From Eledone cirrhosa (lineage: Eukaryota): DNA of 64,000 nt. Where the stretch lies: assembly GCA_964016885.1 (NCBI GenBank), contig OZ024740.1:206770001-206834000 (forward strand), read 5' to 3'. This document shows, one piece after another, positions 14,168 through 28,233 of this stretch. Both the position numbers and the translations under genes were made by a program. Positions within the stretch are counted from its first letter, which is position 1, and each line of letters starts with the position of its first letter. A model generated the notes under the pieces. The model searched no databases and was not told the origin of the DNA. It was given only the letters and a program-made list of their open reading frames with translations.

Positions 14168-15194
14168 AATATCTACATTTTACTAAAATTCCGAAATTGT
14201 GTGTCTGTTTGTCTGTTTGCGAAAACAATCCATTCTATCACAAAAAATGCAATCTTTGTAACTTACATTGTTGCTGCTGTTGTTGTTGTTGTTGTTGTTG
14301 TTGTTGCTCTTCTTCTTCTTCTTCTTCTTCTTCTTCTTCTTCTTCTTCTGCCACTTCTTCGTGAAAGGGTGGTGGGGACTGAGTCCTCAAACACTCCTTC
14401 CAGCAGGTCTTGTCAGAAGCAACTGATCCGGCTAGCTCCCCAATGATATAAGAAAATCGTCGAAATTTGGTTTCGCTCCCGGCAACAACAATATAAACAT
14501 TTCCATCATTGCTGTCATTTAGTTTGAAATAACTGTTATTTGAAACGTTTTTTATGGCGTCACATCTGACTGTTATTTAAATTTCAATATACATATGTAC
14601 AAAAAGTTGATAACAATAATTACACATAGAAAATCTAAACTATAATAAATGAAGGTCTGCGGGATTGCGTACGGTTTATTTTTTCTTTTATCCCGTTAGT
14701 AAAATAAGTTGGATTACTTTGAATAAATAATGAATGAATATTACATAATTTATCTACTTAATTTCGTAAAGAAAAAAAATTTCGTAAAAATAAATAATTT
14801 AAAATTGACTTCTTTTCAAAGTTGCACTTCCGGTATATCGTTGCCACCACCACCACCACCACTTCAACTACCATATATATATATAGAAAGAGAGAGTGTG
14901 TGATGTCAACACTTCCGGTGGCGATCACTTAAATAAACATACTAATTTTCTGTCACTAATTTTCTCCTAATGCAGTTTATATATAATATCGTTTTTTTTA
15001 ATGTATCATGGATTACGTTACTGATTACATAAGACAGTGTAACAACGTCTTCGTTTAATAATTTATGTTTATATTGTCAATTACGATTTTATTTGATGTA
15101 TCATGTCTACATGTATATATACTTGCGTATGATATCAATATACACACTACACATGCTAGCAGAAAACCACACAAAGGGTGGTTTTTCTGCTAGT
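14168..15194 (+). mobile_element. Probable non-autonomous Helitron-like element
   Basis: 5' ATCTACATTTTACTAAAA followed by TGTCTGTTTGTCTG; 3' hairpin CTAGCAGAAAACCAC/GTGGTTTTTCTGCTAG ending in CTAGT. Whether the two ends belong to one element is inferred. Confidence 0.5.
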
Positions 15195-15677
15195 GGGAAC
15201 AACTATCTTTAAAAAATTGTTTATACTCTATATTTACTATTGTATTTTAGTGGTAAAGGCTTTACCTCACATAATTATCTCACATAATATCGAATCTACG
15301 AGATATTGATATTATTTATTTTGAGAACATCACCTTAACGTCAGTACGAGCGGCCAGTTACGGCCGGTTAAAAAAAAGAGGTGAGAGAATTTTGGTCAGA
15401 TACAGCTGGTTAAAATATTCAACAATTTTCGAAAAGATGACTATAACATTTTTTTGTAAACACATTTAAAAACACATACTTTTTCTTTCAAGAACACTGG
15501 TTATGTTTACAGTATTTACTGTTTCTTGTTCTTATGGTTAACTGGTCAAAGTGAAAGACATGTTCCAACTCTATTAAATCTTATGAACAATAAATATTCA
15601 CTTGTATTTTAGTTAGTATGGCCTAGAGTGGCACAGGTGTGTGTGTGAGTCTTTCGGTGTATGAGTAAACGCATGCT

Positions 15678-15678
<1 letters not shown>

Positions 15679-15763
<85 letters not shown>

Positions 15764-15771
15764 CGTGCGTG
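15679..15771. repeat. (GT)n microsatellite
   Basis: Seen directly. Confidence 0.97.
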
Positions 15772-15874
15772 ATTATGTGTATACACATACAGAAAAACAA
15801 AAAAATCTCAACCGAATTTCTTCTTCGTTCATCAAGTTTCATGCTACAACAGACTTCATAAGATTATATATATT

Positions 15875-17127
<1,253 letters not shown>

Positions 17128-17229
17128 TTTAACCTGTTAGTTCTTTCGTTACTTTGGTATTGTGTGGTTGGGTTTTGCCTACCGCAATGTTCAATTTGTC
17201 AAGTTATTTAAACGTATGTTATTACTCTA

Positions 17230-17405
17230 TGGCAGTATCGGTAGAGAGTCGGACACCATGCTTTGAAGCAAAGAGTTACGTCCCTTTATGATCTGAGTTC
17301 AAATCCCGCGAAGGTTAACTTTGCCTTTCATCCTTACGGGGTCGACAAAATAAAGTACCAGTAATGTACTGGTTAATTGCTGGCCTTGTGCCTAAAATAG
17401 AAACA
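17230..17405 (+). mobile_element. SINE S1 with 12-bp target-site duplication GTTATTACTCTA
   Basis: Same sequence family as 4114. TSD copies at 17218-17229 and 17406-17417. Confidence 0.9.
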
Positions 17406-17419
17406 GTTATTACTCTAAG

Positions 17420-18443
17420 GACCTACCCTAATTGAGTGCTTTGCTAACTCATTCTTATTGTAGGTCGACTTTGCTTGCCCACAGCCAAAGCTTCGATTTT
17501 ACTAGTCAGTCCTTGTATTAACATTGAACTAAAACCTGTTGAGAAAGTGGCTTCCTTGTTCAATCATCTTACCAGAAGCCTGACATTATTTATATAAGCG
17601 GACGGTACTTGATTTAGGAGCCGCAGAAAACCAAATACTGGATTTTACCAACCTTCCAGGGGTCCGGGTAAATTTTTCAATACCCGAATTACTTGATCGT
17701 TTTTTTGGCTATACGAATGATTGTTTAACCATCGTCTCAGTGTGTTTTCCCTTTAACGTTTGTTATAGCTCTGGTTCATCTGAATCATTGAGCACTTGCC
17801 ACACATCTCGGAGGTTGTTTTTCGTTATTTCGTGGGCCGAAATGCGAATCTCGATAATTTATGTTTGTATTTATCTCCAGACTCTAGCTATTGACCAGTT
17901 AATTTTCTTGATTTTTTAGTTGATTCTATTGACTGATGAATAGCTAATGTTAATTTTAACCCTTCTGTTGAGAACTCTATTCGATTTGTGATGTTTTTGC
18001 ATTCTTGCAAAAAAATACACAACTGAATTTATTCGCCTGATGTAGGGGCTGCCTCCCTTGCCGATCCCCACGTGGAGTCAGCAATAGTCAGTCCTTGTAT
18101 TAACATTGAACTAAAACCTGTTGAGAAAGTGGCTTCCTTGTTCAATCATCTTACCAGAAGCCTGACATTATTTATATAAGCGGACGGTACTTGATTTAGG
18201 AGCCGCAGAAAACCAAATACTGGATTTTACCAACCTTCCAGGGGTCCGGGTAAATTTTTCAATACCCGAATTACTTGATCGTTTTTTTGCTATGCGAATG
18301 ATTGTTTAACCATCGTCTCAGTGTGTTTGGCCTTTAACGTTTGTTATAGCTCTGGTTCATCTGAATCATTGAGCACTTGCCACACATCTCGGAGGTTGAT
18401 TTTCGTTATTTTGTGGGCCGAAATGCGAATCTCGATAATTTAT

Positions 18444-18445
<2 letters not shown>
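17420..18445 (-). mobile_element. Degenerate Penelope-like coding fragment with an internal ~360-bp direct duplication
   Basis: Minus strand near 17940-17990 translates HKSNRVLNRRVKINISYS, similar to the PLE HKIFNRNTVKISYS motif. 17503-17865 is repeated at 18085-18445. Confidence 0.55.
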
Positions 18446-18483
<38 letters not shown>

Positions 18484-18773
18484 AATGCGCACGTGTGGTA
18501 TTTTTCTCGACGTTTTTTCCCTCCCTCCCTCTTCTCACTCTCTATCTTTCTATTTCATCTTGATTTCTCATTCTATCCTCTGATGAAGGACAGGTGTAAA
18601 AGTTAAGACACATTTCCTATTATTTCAAGCGTTAAACTAATATATTTCTTCATTGTACTGTGTCGTTTGATTTGTCATTTCTGTTTACTTGTTACACACA
18701 CACATACATATATATATATATAATAATAATACATCAGTAAGTACCTAGACTAAATGTATTCAATACCATGCGT

Positions 18774-18820
<47 letters not shown>

Positions 18821-18823
<3 letters not shown>

Positions 18824-19098
18824 AGCGTGAAGAATAACATGGTCAACAGTACAAAAAAGGGTTTTATTTACAGTCTAACAATTGTTTCACTGATTAAGTT
18901 GTCTAAAAATTGCTGAACACTTCTTGAAGCAGTGCCACTCAATTTTAAATACGTTGTTAGCTTAACCAGATGATCTAGTTAAGCTAACAACGTATTTAAA
19001 ATTCAGCAATTTTTAGACAACTTAATCAGTGAAACAATTATTAGACTGTAAATAAAACCCCTTTTTGTACTGTTGACCATGTTATTCTTCACTCTTTC
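18821..19098. repeat. ~125-bp-arm near-perfect inverted repeat (fold-back of a PLE pseudo-LTR)
   Basis: gaaagcgtgaagaataac... and ...gttattcttcactctttc are reverse complements. The left arm carries ~23 extra nt. Confidence 0.9.
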
Positions 19099-19257
19099 AA
19101 TATTATTACTCCAAGATAAACTTATACAGGAATACAAGAGAACTCGCCACCTGCGTAAACTCCTTGTTGAGTCAAACAACGCCGTACGCTAAAACTATAC
19201 ATAATACGAAGTATTCACAACCTCTAACTGGATTACCTATAACGATATTTTGTTATC

Positions 19258-19340
<83 letters not shown>

Positions 19341-19454
19341 GATACAATGATGTAATAAAATCGGAATGTAAGTAAATGAACTTACATAAAGATGGTAAAA
19401 AGCGATTCCTAAATTCTTTACAGCTGTTTCAGGGTCTAAGAGATATAGCGCCGA

Positions 19455-19621
19455 TGGTCGGACGCCATGCTTTGCAGCAAAGAGTTACGGCTCTTTATGG
19501 TCTGAGTTCAAATCCCGCCGCGGTTAACTTTGCCTTTCATATTTACGGGGTCGATAAAATAAAGTACCAGTAATACACTGATATAATTGCTGGCCTTGTG
19601 CCAAATGTAGAAACAATTATT
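19455..19621 (+). mobile_element. SINE S1, 5'-degraded
   Basis: B box GAGTTCAAATCCC, GGGGTCGATAAAATAAAGTACCAG and tail GTAGAAACAATTATT. Confidence 0.85.
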
Positions 19622-19946
19622 AAGTATTAGTTACCATAAAGATATCCAGCTCTTTATGTACTGTCCATTAGTGTTTTCCTATCAAACCTTTTGAGGTATG
19701 TGGTGTAATGTGATGTAATTGCTGGAGAGCCTTCGAGAGAGTGTTGTATTTGTATGACCAATGTAACAGCTGGTTTCAAGAAGTTTACAATTTACGTTTT
19801 ACCAATATAAATCACATTGGTTATTTACAGCTTGATCTCAGATCTATATGATTGGTGTTAACCTTTAATAAGTCCCCTGAGAGGACCCACCGGGAGGAGT
19901 GTTTGAGGACTGTTCGACCACAACCCTCTTAGGAATAAGTTGGTGA

Positions 19947-20010
19947 ATAACAACAACAATAATAATGATAATGATGATAATAATAACAATAATAATAATA
20001 ATAATAATAA
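19947..20010. repeat. (AAT)n microsatellite, left edge of the retroelement cluster
   Basis: Seen directly. Further (AAT)n spacers at about 24475, 28168, 31200, 31533, 31758, 36451, 36616, 42336 and 43289. Confidence 0.95.
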
Positions 20011-23000
20011 TTATACATTTTATATTCAAAAAAAGAAAATGGTTATAAATGGAAGAAAACCCCTCTGTCTACACTACATAGAACAGCCAAATAACAGCAA
20101 CTTCACCAACATCAGAAACTAGATACACCACCTACCCCATCACCCCTCTGTGTACACTAAACACAACAGCCAGATAACGGAAATTTCACCACCACCACCA
20201 CTAATCTCAGCATAATAATAATGATTACTATTATTATTGCCTCAAGTTTTAGTTTTAACAAAATGCTTAATTCCAATATTAAGAAAATATGTCAACACAT
20301 ATACGCGACTAACGATAATTTCACTAAAGATAATTTCACCACCACTACCACGATGAAAACTCTGGTCAAGTCGACTCAAATTTCTACTCCAACTTCAACA
20401 CCATCACTACAGTAATACGACCACATCACCACCACCACTGCCTCATTATCGCTACCGCCGCTATTCTCTCCCACTACCTCCTGCTAGTTGCTGCTAGCAC
20501 AGCACCGCCACCACCACCACCACCACTGCCTCATTATCACTAACGCCGCTATTCTCTCCCGCTAGCCCCTGCTACATTGTAGAATTCTCACTAAAAGAGG
20601 AAGGCATCAAAATATATAAATAGACTGAATTGATGACCCGGTCAAATAAAAAAAAAAAAAAAATCAAAATCAAAGCAGCACAGCAACAACGAAAAACGTA
20701 AAGAAAATAAGAATGAAGAGAAAAACAAACAGACGGACAGAGAAGGGAAGGGAAAAACTAAGTCAGACATTCAAACACTACATTACAATGAAACTTATGC
20801 TTATTCATTTTTGGGGTTTTTTCTGCCTGTTTGTTTGTTTGTTTATTTGTGTTCGTCTACAGCGTGATAATGCCACACAAAAGTCACGTGGAGTGACGAA
20901 ACCACCGGGGACGATGAATTCACCGGTGGTTATGTAACCGTACATTCGCCAATCCTCGATAAGAGTGTTTAAATGTCGAACCTAAACAGTTCGAATAACG
21001 GTGAAATGGAGACTAGAATGTCATGTGACAGACTCTCACCCAACAGGTGCTCCCTGGCTCAGCAGCAGGGACCTGGCTGTCAACCAAATACTGCTGGTGT
21101 CGGAGGAAGAAGAAGAAGGAAAGGGACCAGAACCAACTAGACGAAAGAATTGAATAGAACTGTTATGCAATGTTACCTGAAGAGTAACCCCAAGGAGAAA
21201 GGCTATAGGAAACGGATGCATAACATCTGGAACGAGATTGGTCCATTTAAATTAGATGAACAAAAACTGGCCGGGCAGGCTCGGGTAATAAGAACTAATG
21301 GGTGGATAAGCGAGCTGGAACTGGAGGAACTGAGCAGAGAGATTAGCTTGGAGATGGAGGGTGGAGTATGCCAGGCAAACGAGCCAGTGGGAAATGAAGG
21401 TAAAGAGGTCGAGAGAACGGAGGAACCACCCGAAGCAGACAATGATCTGAATGCTGAGATAAATAATACCTGGAACAGAGATACGGCCATTGAGGAGATG
21501 AATGCTGACGGGGTAGGACAATATTTGGTAGATATCCTAAACTTAGTGGTAGATGAATTGAACAATGATAGTGGGAGACCTATGAACCTAAGATTTGTAG
21601 ACAGGAAAAAGTTAAAAGAAACAACAGCTAAGGTAAACAAAGTCATCCCATACCTTGAGGCGAGGAGCCTTCACCAGTGCAACAATATACTCAAAGCAAC
21701 AGCAAATACGGTGAGGAAACTACTTGGTATAAAAGCGAGAGGAAACAACAGACAAGAAAGAGCAGAGCCTTGGTGGAAGAAACGACTGAGTGGCCAAATC
21801 AGGGAAATGAGAAATGACATTGGAAAGCTTGAGTCCCTACTGAATGGGACACTAAAAAACATAGACACTAAAAATAGACTGGAAATAAAGTACAAAACTA
21901 GGAGGAAAAAGCTAAATATTATCATAGAGGAACTGAAGCAACGCATTGATGCAAAGAGTGCAAAAATCAGGCGATACGAGAACAGAGTCAGTCAGTATAG
22001 ACAGAACCGCATGTTCTACAACAACCAGAAGATGTTGTTTGGACAGCTTGAAGGGAAAGAAAGAGGCAACGACTTGATCCCTGAGGCGGAACAAACTAAA
22101 ACATTCTGGAGAGGAATATGGGAGCAGGATGTTAAACATAATGACCAGGCAGTGTGGATTGAGACAGTAGAGAAGGAGATCAGTGAACAGGCACACCAAC
22201 AAACTGATTTGAGTATCACAGTTGAAACTCTTAAGGGGCAGGCCAAAAAACTAACCAACTGGAAATCACCTGGCCCAGATGGTGTGCAGGGGTATTGGAT
22301 TAAAAACATAACATCCCTCCACCCGAAACTGACAACCATGTTCAATGACTGCTTGATGTCAGGTGAGGTACCAGAGTGGTTGATAAAAGGTACCACAGTT
22401 CTGATAATGAAAGACCGAATCAAGGGTAATGATGTTACCAACTATAGACCTATCACATGTCTGTCCGTAATGTGGAAACTGTTGACAAGCATTATGTCTG
22501 AGGAAATCTACCATCACCTCCACACAAACAACTTGTTACCGGACGAACAGAAAGGATGCCGAAAGAAGTCACGTGGTACAAAGGACCAGTTACTTATTGA
22601 TAAGATGGTAATGAGGAATTGCAAGAGGAGACACACTGGTCTTGCCATGGGATGGATAGAGTACAAAAAGGCATTTGACATGGTGCCTCATTCTTGGATC
22701 ACCAAAAGCCTGGAGATCTTCAAGGTGGCAGATAACATTAGACAGTTGTTGGGCAAAACTATGAAGTCCTGGGAAACAGAGTTAACATCAACTAGAGAAT
22801 CCTTGGGAAGCGTGAAGATCAAGAGAGGTATCTTCCAGGGAGATAGTCAGTCCCCTCTGTTGTTTGTCCTTGCCCTGATGCCCCTGACCAGTGTACTGCG
22901 AAAAGTGAGAGCAGGATACAGGTTGGGAAAGGGAGGGCTTACCATCAATCACCTCCTCTTCATGGACTATCTTAAGCTCTTCGGGAAGAGTGAGAAGGAG

Positions 23001-24478
23001 TTGGATGTGCTTGTTGACACTGTCCGTATTTTCAGCAATGATATATGTATGCAATTTGGTATTAGTAAGTGTGGAGTCCTTGTGAGGAAGAGGGGTAAAT
23101 TGAGCAGAAGCAAGGGAATCCAGATACCAACAGGTGAGATGATAAAGGAAATTGACTCTGAGGAAGGATACAAGTATTTGGGTGTTCTGGAGGCTGATGA
23201 CATCAAGAACAAAAAAATGAAGGAATTGATAAGAACTGAATACCTTCGGAGAGTAAGGAGCGTATTAAAGTCACATCTGAACAGTAGGAATGCCATAAGT
23301 GCAGTAAATTCCCGAGCTGTGTCTATTATTAGGTACAGTGCGGGAATTCTGAAATGGAATGTTGCTGAACAAAAAGAAATGGATAGAAGACTAGGAAGCT
23401 ATTGACTATCTACAGTATGTTCCACAAGAGGAGTGATGTAGATAGACTCTACTTAAAGAGATCTGAAGGTGGAAGAGGTCTTATCAGCATAGAGGACTGT
23501 GTTCAGATGGAGAAAAACAACCTACACAAATACGTGACTGATAGTAAGGAGCCAATGCTCAGAACTGTACTGAAGGAGGGGACAATATGCCAGGAGATGT
23601 CCAAGGAGGAAATAACATCGAGAAGAAAGAGCAGCCTTGAGGAAAAATCCCTTCATAGTACCTTCTTTGAGAAAACTGAATTTAGAGATCCACAGACATG
23701 GAACTGGTTGAAAAGAGGAGACCTTAAAAAGGCTACAGAAGGAATGTTAATGGCTGCGCAGGAGCAGGCCCTCAAAACGAAGTGGTTGAAACACCACATT
23801 TACAAGGAGGAGGCTAGCCCACTGTGCAGGATCTGCGGAGAGAGACAGAGGAGACTGTGGCTCACATTGTATCCGAGTGTAAACACCTCGCCCAGACTCA
23901 CTATAAGGGCTGGAGACATGATGTGATGGGCAGGGTGATCCACTGGCACCTATGCAAAATAAACAATTTACCACATTCTGAGAAGTGGTATGAGCATAAG
24001 CCAGAGTCGGTGACAGAAAACGATCAGGTGAAGGTGCTGTGGGATTTTAGGATACAGACGGACAAGAAACTGGAACAAAATAGACCTGACCTGGTGGTTT
24101 TGGACAAGGAAAAAAGATCGTGCCTGATTGTGGATGTGGCCTGCCCATTCTACACGAGAGTGCAAGAAAAGGAGAGGGAGAAAATTAACCGATACCAGGA
24201 CTTAAAGTGGGAGGTAAAAAGGATTTGGAACTGCCATGAAGTCAAAGTGATCCCGATTGTCATAGGCACACTAGGGACTATCTCAAAAAGCTTCCAGGGA
24301 TGGTTAAAGAAAATTGGCCCCTTCACGCTTTTTGGAACGCTTCAAAAGGCATGCTTGCTGGGAACAGCAAGAACCCTCCGATACGTCCTGAATATCTGAG
24401 GCTGCAGGTAGTGGCTTGATATTCATTTCAACAAACTTTCCAGTTAACTAACATCAATGACTGAGACTCAAAGAGTAA
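20011..24478 (+). mobile_element. R4-clade (Dong/Rex6-like) non-LTR retrotransposon, family A copy 1, slightly 5'-truncated
   Basis: Myb-like N-terminus, RT (NWKSPGPDG, YRPITCL, GIFQGD, HLLFMD), CxxC..H..C knuckle, RHD and RPDLVV..D..K..KY restriction-like endonuclease. Flanked by (AAT)n. Dong elements are known to target (TAA)n. Confidence 0.93.
20973..24399 (+). pseudogene. Disrupted RT-RLE ORF of Dong-A copy 1
   Basis: TAG at 21138-21140 (TGG in copy 3), FMDY in place of FMDD, frameshifts at ~23388 and ~23845. Confidence 0.88.
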
Positions 24479-24482
24479 TAAC

Positions 24483-24515
<33 letters not shown>

Positions 24516-24517
<2 letters not shown>

Positions 24518-25798
24518 TTTCTTTATTGGCCACAAAGGCTGACATCAAGAAAAACATCACAGACGGCACAGGACGGTACAGGAAGGTACGATGTGGGTTT
24601 TGTGCGTGTAAATATTTTTATTATTTATATAAGAAAAGAAAAAAGACATAAAACATATATATATATAAACAATAAAATGAAAATTGAAACAATGAAAAAT
24701 TCCCCAATAGGGGGGAAACATCCGAGGGTTACTCGTGGCGAAAACCACACAAAAGACCACGGCCACCCTGACTACCAGGGCAAGCGCCATCTCTCAATGT
24801 TTCCATCTCTCAAACTTCAGACGTATATTCAGAGTGGTCCCGTTCACTCGGACCATTCTCGCTACATTCACCCACCTTTCAACAAACTTGCTAGAAAGCA
24901 GCACTTGCCTCTCCACCCTAATTTTCCTCTTCAAGTGAAACTTGAAAAAGTTAATCAGTTATTCGCCGAAGAGGAAAGTGTTTGTCTTTAATCCTTTTAA
25001 CCTTGTGTTTGTCTTTAATCCTTTTAACCTTTCGCCATGGCCACCAGGCAGATGAAAGCCGCCTGCCCTTCCTCCTCAAAGGAAGACGGCGAGACCATCT
25101 GCACAATGGACTCAGTCGACAACCGGATCAGTCCCACACGTGACAGCAACTGTTCGACATTGCTCCACAAATCAGCAATGCTCGGGCACTGAACGAGTGC
25201 GTACACAACGGTTTCGTCGCTATGCGCGCATCTCGGACAGGCTCGGCTGACGGCACTTCCGTGCCTGTAGAGCTTATCTCGAACCGGCAGCGCTCCCCGG
25301 TAGCACTGCCAGGCCAGGGATTTTTGAAAGTCATCCATAGGCCCCGGGCTGAAAGTTCTCCGGAAGAGAGCAAGCAGCTGATCTTCTTCGACGCCCAGGA
25401 TCTCTCAGAGAACGTCGTCGCTCTTCCCCTCCACTAGTCCTCTATAGAACGCCGAAGTGGATGTTCCACCGATACTGGTGCCCAACTGGGAGAGGGCAGT
25501 GAGCGCCTGGAGACATTCCAGTTTCCAAGCGCTATCCCTCGGTCTTTTTCTGACCCAGGACTGCAGCTCCGTCAAGGAGACGAGCTGTGGGAAAATGTGC
25601 CTGGCGAACGGCGACCACACCCGTTCACCCTCAAGGAAGCACCAGAGATGTCGCAGCCTCAGCTGTCAACACCCGTTGCGTGGAGGACTGGGCATGCCAT
25701 GGCTGATGATGCGCAAACATGCGCTGAGGCTGCGACATCTCTGGTGCTTCCTTGATGGTGAACGGGTGTGGTCGCCGTTCTCCAGGCACATTTTCCCA
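24516..25798 (-). mobile_element. 5'-truncated Tx1 family A copy with terminal inversion (25664-25798 on + strand)
   Basis: Encodes FQKSLAWQCYRGALPVRDKL..CPRC. 3' end TGTGGCCAATAAAGAAATC then (ATT)n. 25588-25663 is the reverse complement of 25722-25798. Confidence 0.9.
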
Positions 25799-25799
25799 T

Positions 25800-28166
25800 G
25801 ACAGAACTGTTATGCAATGTTACCTGAAGAGTAACCCCAAGGAGAAAGGCTATAGGAAACGGATGCATAACATCTGGAACGAGATTGGTCTATTTAAATT
25901 AGATGAACAAAAATTGGTCGGGCAGGCTCGGGTAATAAGAACTAATGGGTGGATAAGCGAGCTGGAACTGGAGGAACTGAGCAGAGAGATTAGGTTGGAA
26001 ATGGAGAGTGGAGTATGCCAGGCAAACGAGTCAGTGGAAAATGAAGGTGAAGAGGTTGAGAGAACGGAGGAACCATCCGAAGCAGACAATGATCTGAATG
26101 CAAAAAGTGCAAAGATTAGGCGGTATGAGAGCAGAGTCAGTCAGTATAGACAGAACCGCATGTTTGACAACAACCAGAAGATGTTGTTTGGACAGCTTGA
26201 AGAGAAAGAAAGAGGCAACGACTTGAACCCTGAGGCGGAACAGACTAAGACATTCTGGAGAGGAATATGAGAGCAGGATGTTGAACATTATGGTCAGGAA
26301 GTGTGAATTGAGACAGTACAGAAGGAGATTAGTGAACAAGCACACCAACAAACTGATTTGAGAATCACAGTTGAAACTCTTAAAGGGCAGGCCAAAAAAC
26401 TAACCAACTGGAAATCACCAGGCCCAGATGGTGTGCAGGGGTATTGGATTAAAAATATAACATCCCTCCACCTGAAACTGACAACCTGTTCAATGACTGC
26501 TTGATGTCGGGTGAGGTACCAGAGTGGTTGACAAAAGGTACCACAGTTCTGATAATGAAAGACCGAATCAAGGGTAATGATGTTACCAACTATAGATCTA
26601 TCACATGTCTGTCCGTAATGTGGAAACTGTTAACAAGCATTGTGTCTGAGGAAATCTACCATCACCGCCACATAAACAACTTGTTACCGGACGAACAGAA
26701 AGGATGCCGAAAGAAGTCCCGTGGTACAAAGGACCAGTTACTTATTGATAAGATGGTAATGAGGAATTGCAAGAGGAGACACACTGGTCTTACCATGGGA
26801 TGGATAGATTACAAAAAGGAATTTGACATGGTGCCTCATTCTTGGATAACCAAAAGCCTAGAGATCTTCAAGGTGGCAGATAATATCAGACAGTTGTTGA
26901 GCAAAAGTATGAAGTCCTGGGAAACAGAATTAACATCGGGTGGAGAATCCCTGGGAGGCGTGAAGATCAAGAGAGGTATCTTCCAGGGAGATAGTTAGTC
27001 CCCTCTGTTGTTTGTCCTTGCCCCGATACTCCTGACCATTATATTGCGAAAAGTGAGAGCAGGATACAAGTTGGGAAAAGGAGAGCTTACCATCAACCAC
27101 CTCCTCTTCATGGACGATCTTAAACTCTGTGGGAAGAGTGAGAAGGAGTTGGATGTATTTTCAGCAATGATATATGTATGGAATTTGGTATTAATAAGTG
27201 TGGAGTCCTAGTGATGAAGAGGGGTAAATTGAGCAGAAGCAACGGAATGCAACAGGAAATTGACACTGAAGAAGGATACAAATATTTAGGTGTTCTGGAG
27301 GCAGATGACATCAAGAACAAAACAATGAACGAATTGATAAGATCTGAGTACATTAGGAGAGTAAGGAACGTATTAAAATCACATCTAAATAGTAGGAATG
27401 TCATAAGTGCAGTGAATTCCCGAGCTGTGTCTATTATTAGGTACAATGCGGGAATTCTGAAATGGAATGTTGCTGAACAAAAAGAAATGGATAGAAGACT
27501 AGGAAGCTATGGACTATCTACAACATGTTCCACAAGAGGAGTGATGTCGATAGACTCTACTTAAAGAGATCTGAAGGTGGAAGAGGTCTTATCAGCATAG
27601 AGGACTGTGTTCAGATGAAAAATCCCTTCATAGTACCTTCTTTGAGAAAACTGAATTTAGAGATCCACAGACATGGAACTGGTTAAAAAGAGGAGACCTT
27701 AAAAAGGCTACAGAAGGAATGGCTGCGCAAGAGCAGGCCCTCAGAACGAAGTGGGCGAAACACCATATTTACAAGGAGGAGGCTAGCTAACTGTGTAGGA
27801 TCTGTAGAGAGAGAGAGGAGACTGTGGATGTAGCCTGCCCATTTGACACGAGAGTGCAAGAAAAGGAGAAGGAGAAAATTAACCGATACCAAGACTTAAA
27901 GTGGGAGGTAAAAAGGATTTGGAACTGCCATGAAGTCAAGGTCGTCCCGATTGTCATAGGCGCACTAGGTACTATCTCAAAAAGTTTCCAAGGATGGTTA
28001 AAGAAGATTAGTCCAGCCCCGCTTTTTGGAGCACTTCAAAAGGCATGCTTGCTGGGAACAGCAAGAACCCTCCAATACGTCCTGAATATCTGTGGCTGCA
28101 GATAGCGGCTTGATATTCATTTCAACAAACTCTCCAGTTAAATAACATCAATGACTGAGACTCAAA

Positions 28167-28168
<2 letters not shown>
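25800..28168 (+). mobile_element. Dong-A copy 2, 5'-truncated with several internal deletions
   Basis: Colinear with copy 1 from ~21155. Deletions at ~26100, 27157, 27250, 27618 and 27827. (AAT)n tail. Confidence 0.92.

Positions 28169-28232
<64 letters not shown>

Positions 28233-28233
<1 letters not shown>

Noticed and set aside
18580-18640. CTGATGA hammerhead start
   Set aside because: No properly placed GAAA or stem III. At most a decayed PLE remnant.
21138-21140. TAG repairable to Trp by A-to-I editing in Dong-A copy 1
   Set aside because: The copy also has a catalytic FMDY mutation and frameshifts. An ordinary G>A decay is simpler.
23330-23386. Micro-intron correcting the Dong-A frameshift
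   Set aside because: No pyrimidine tract, and it would delete residues conserved in Dong-B.
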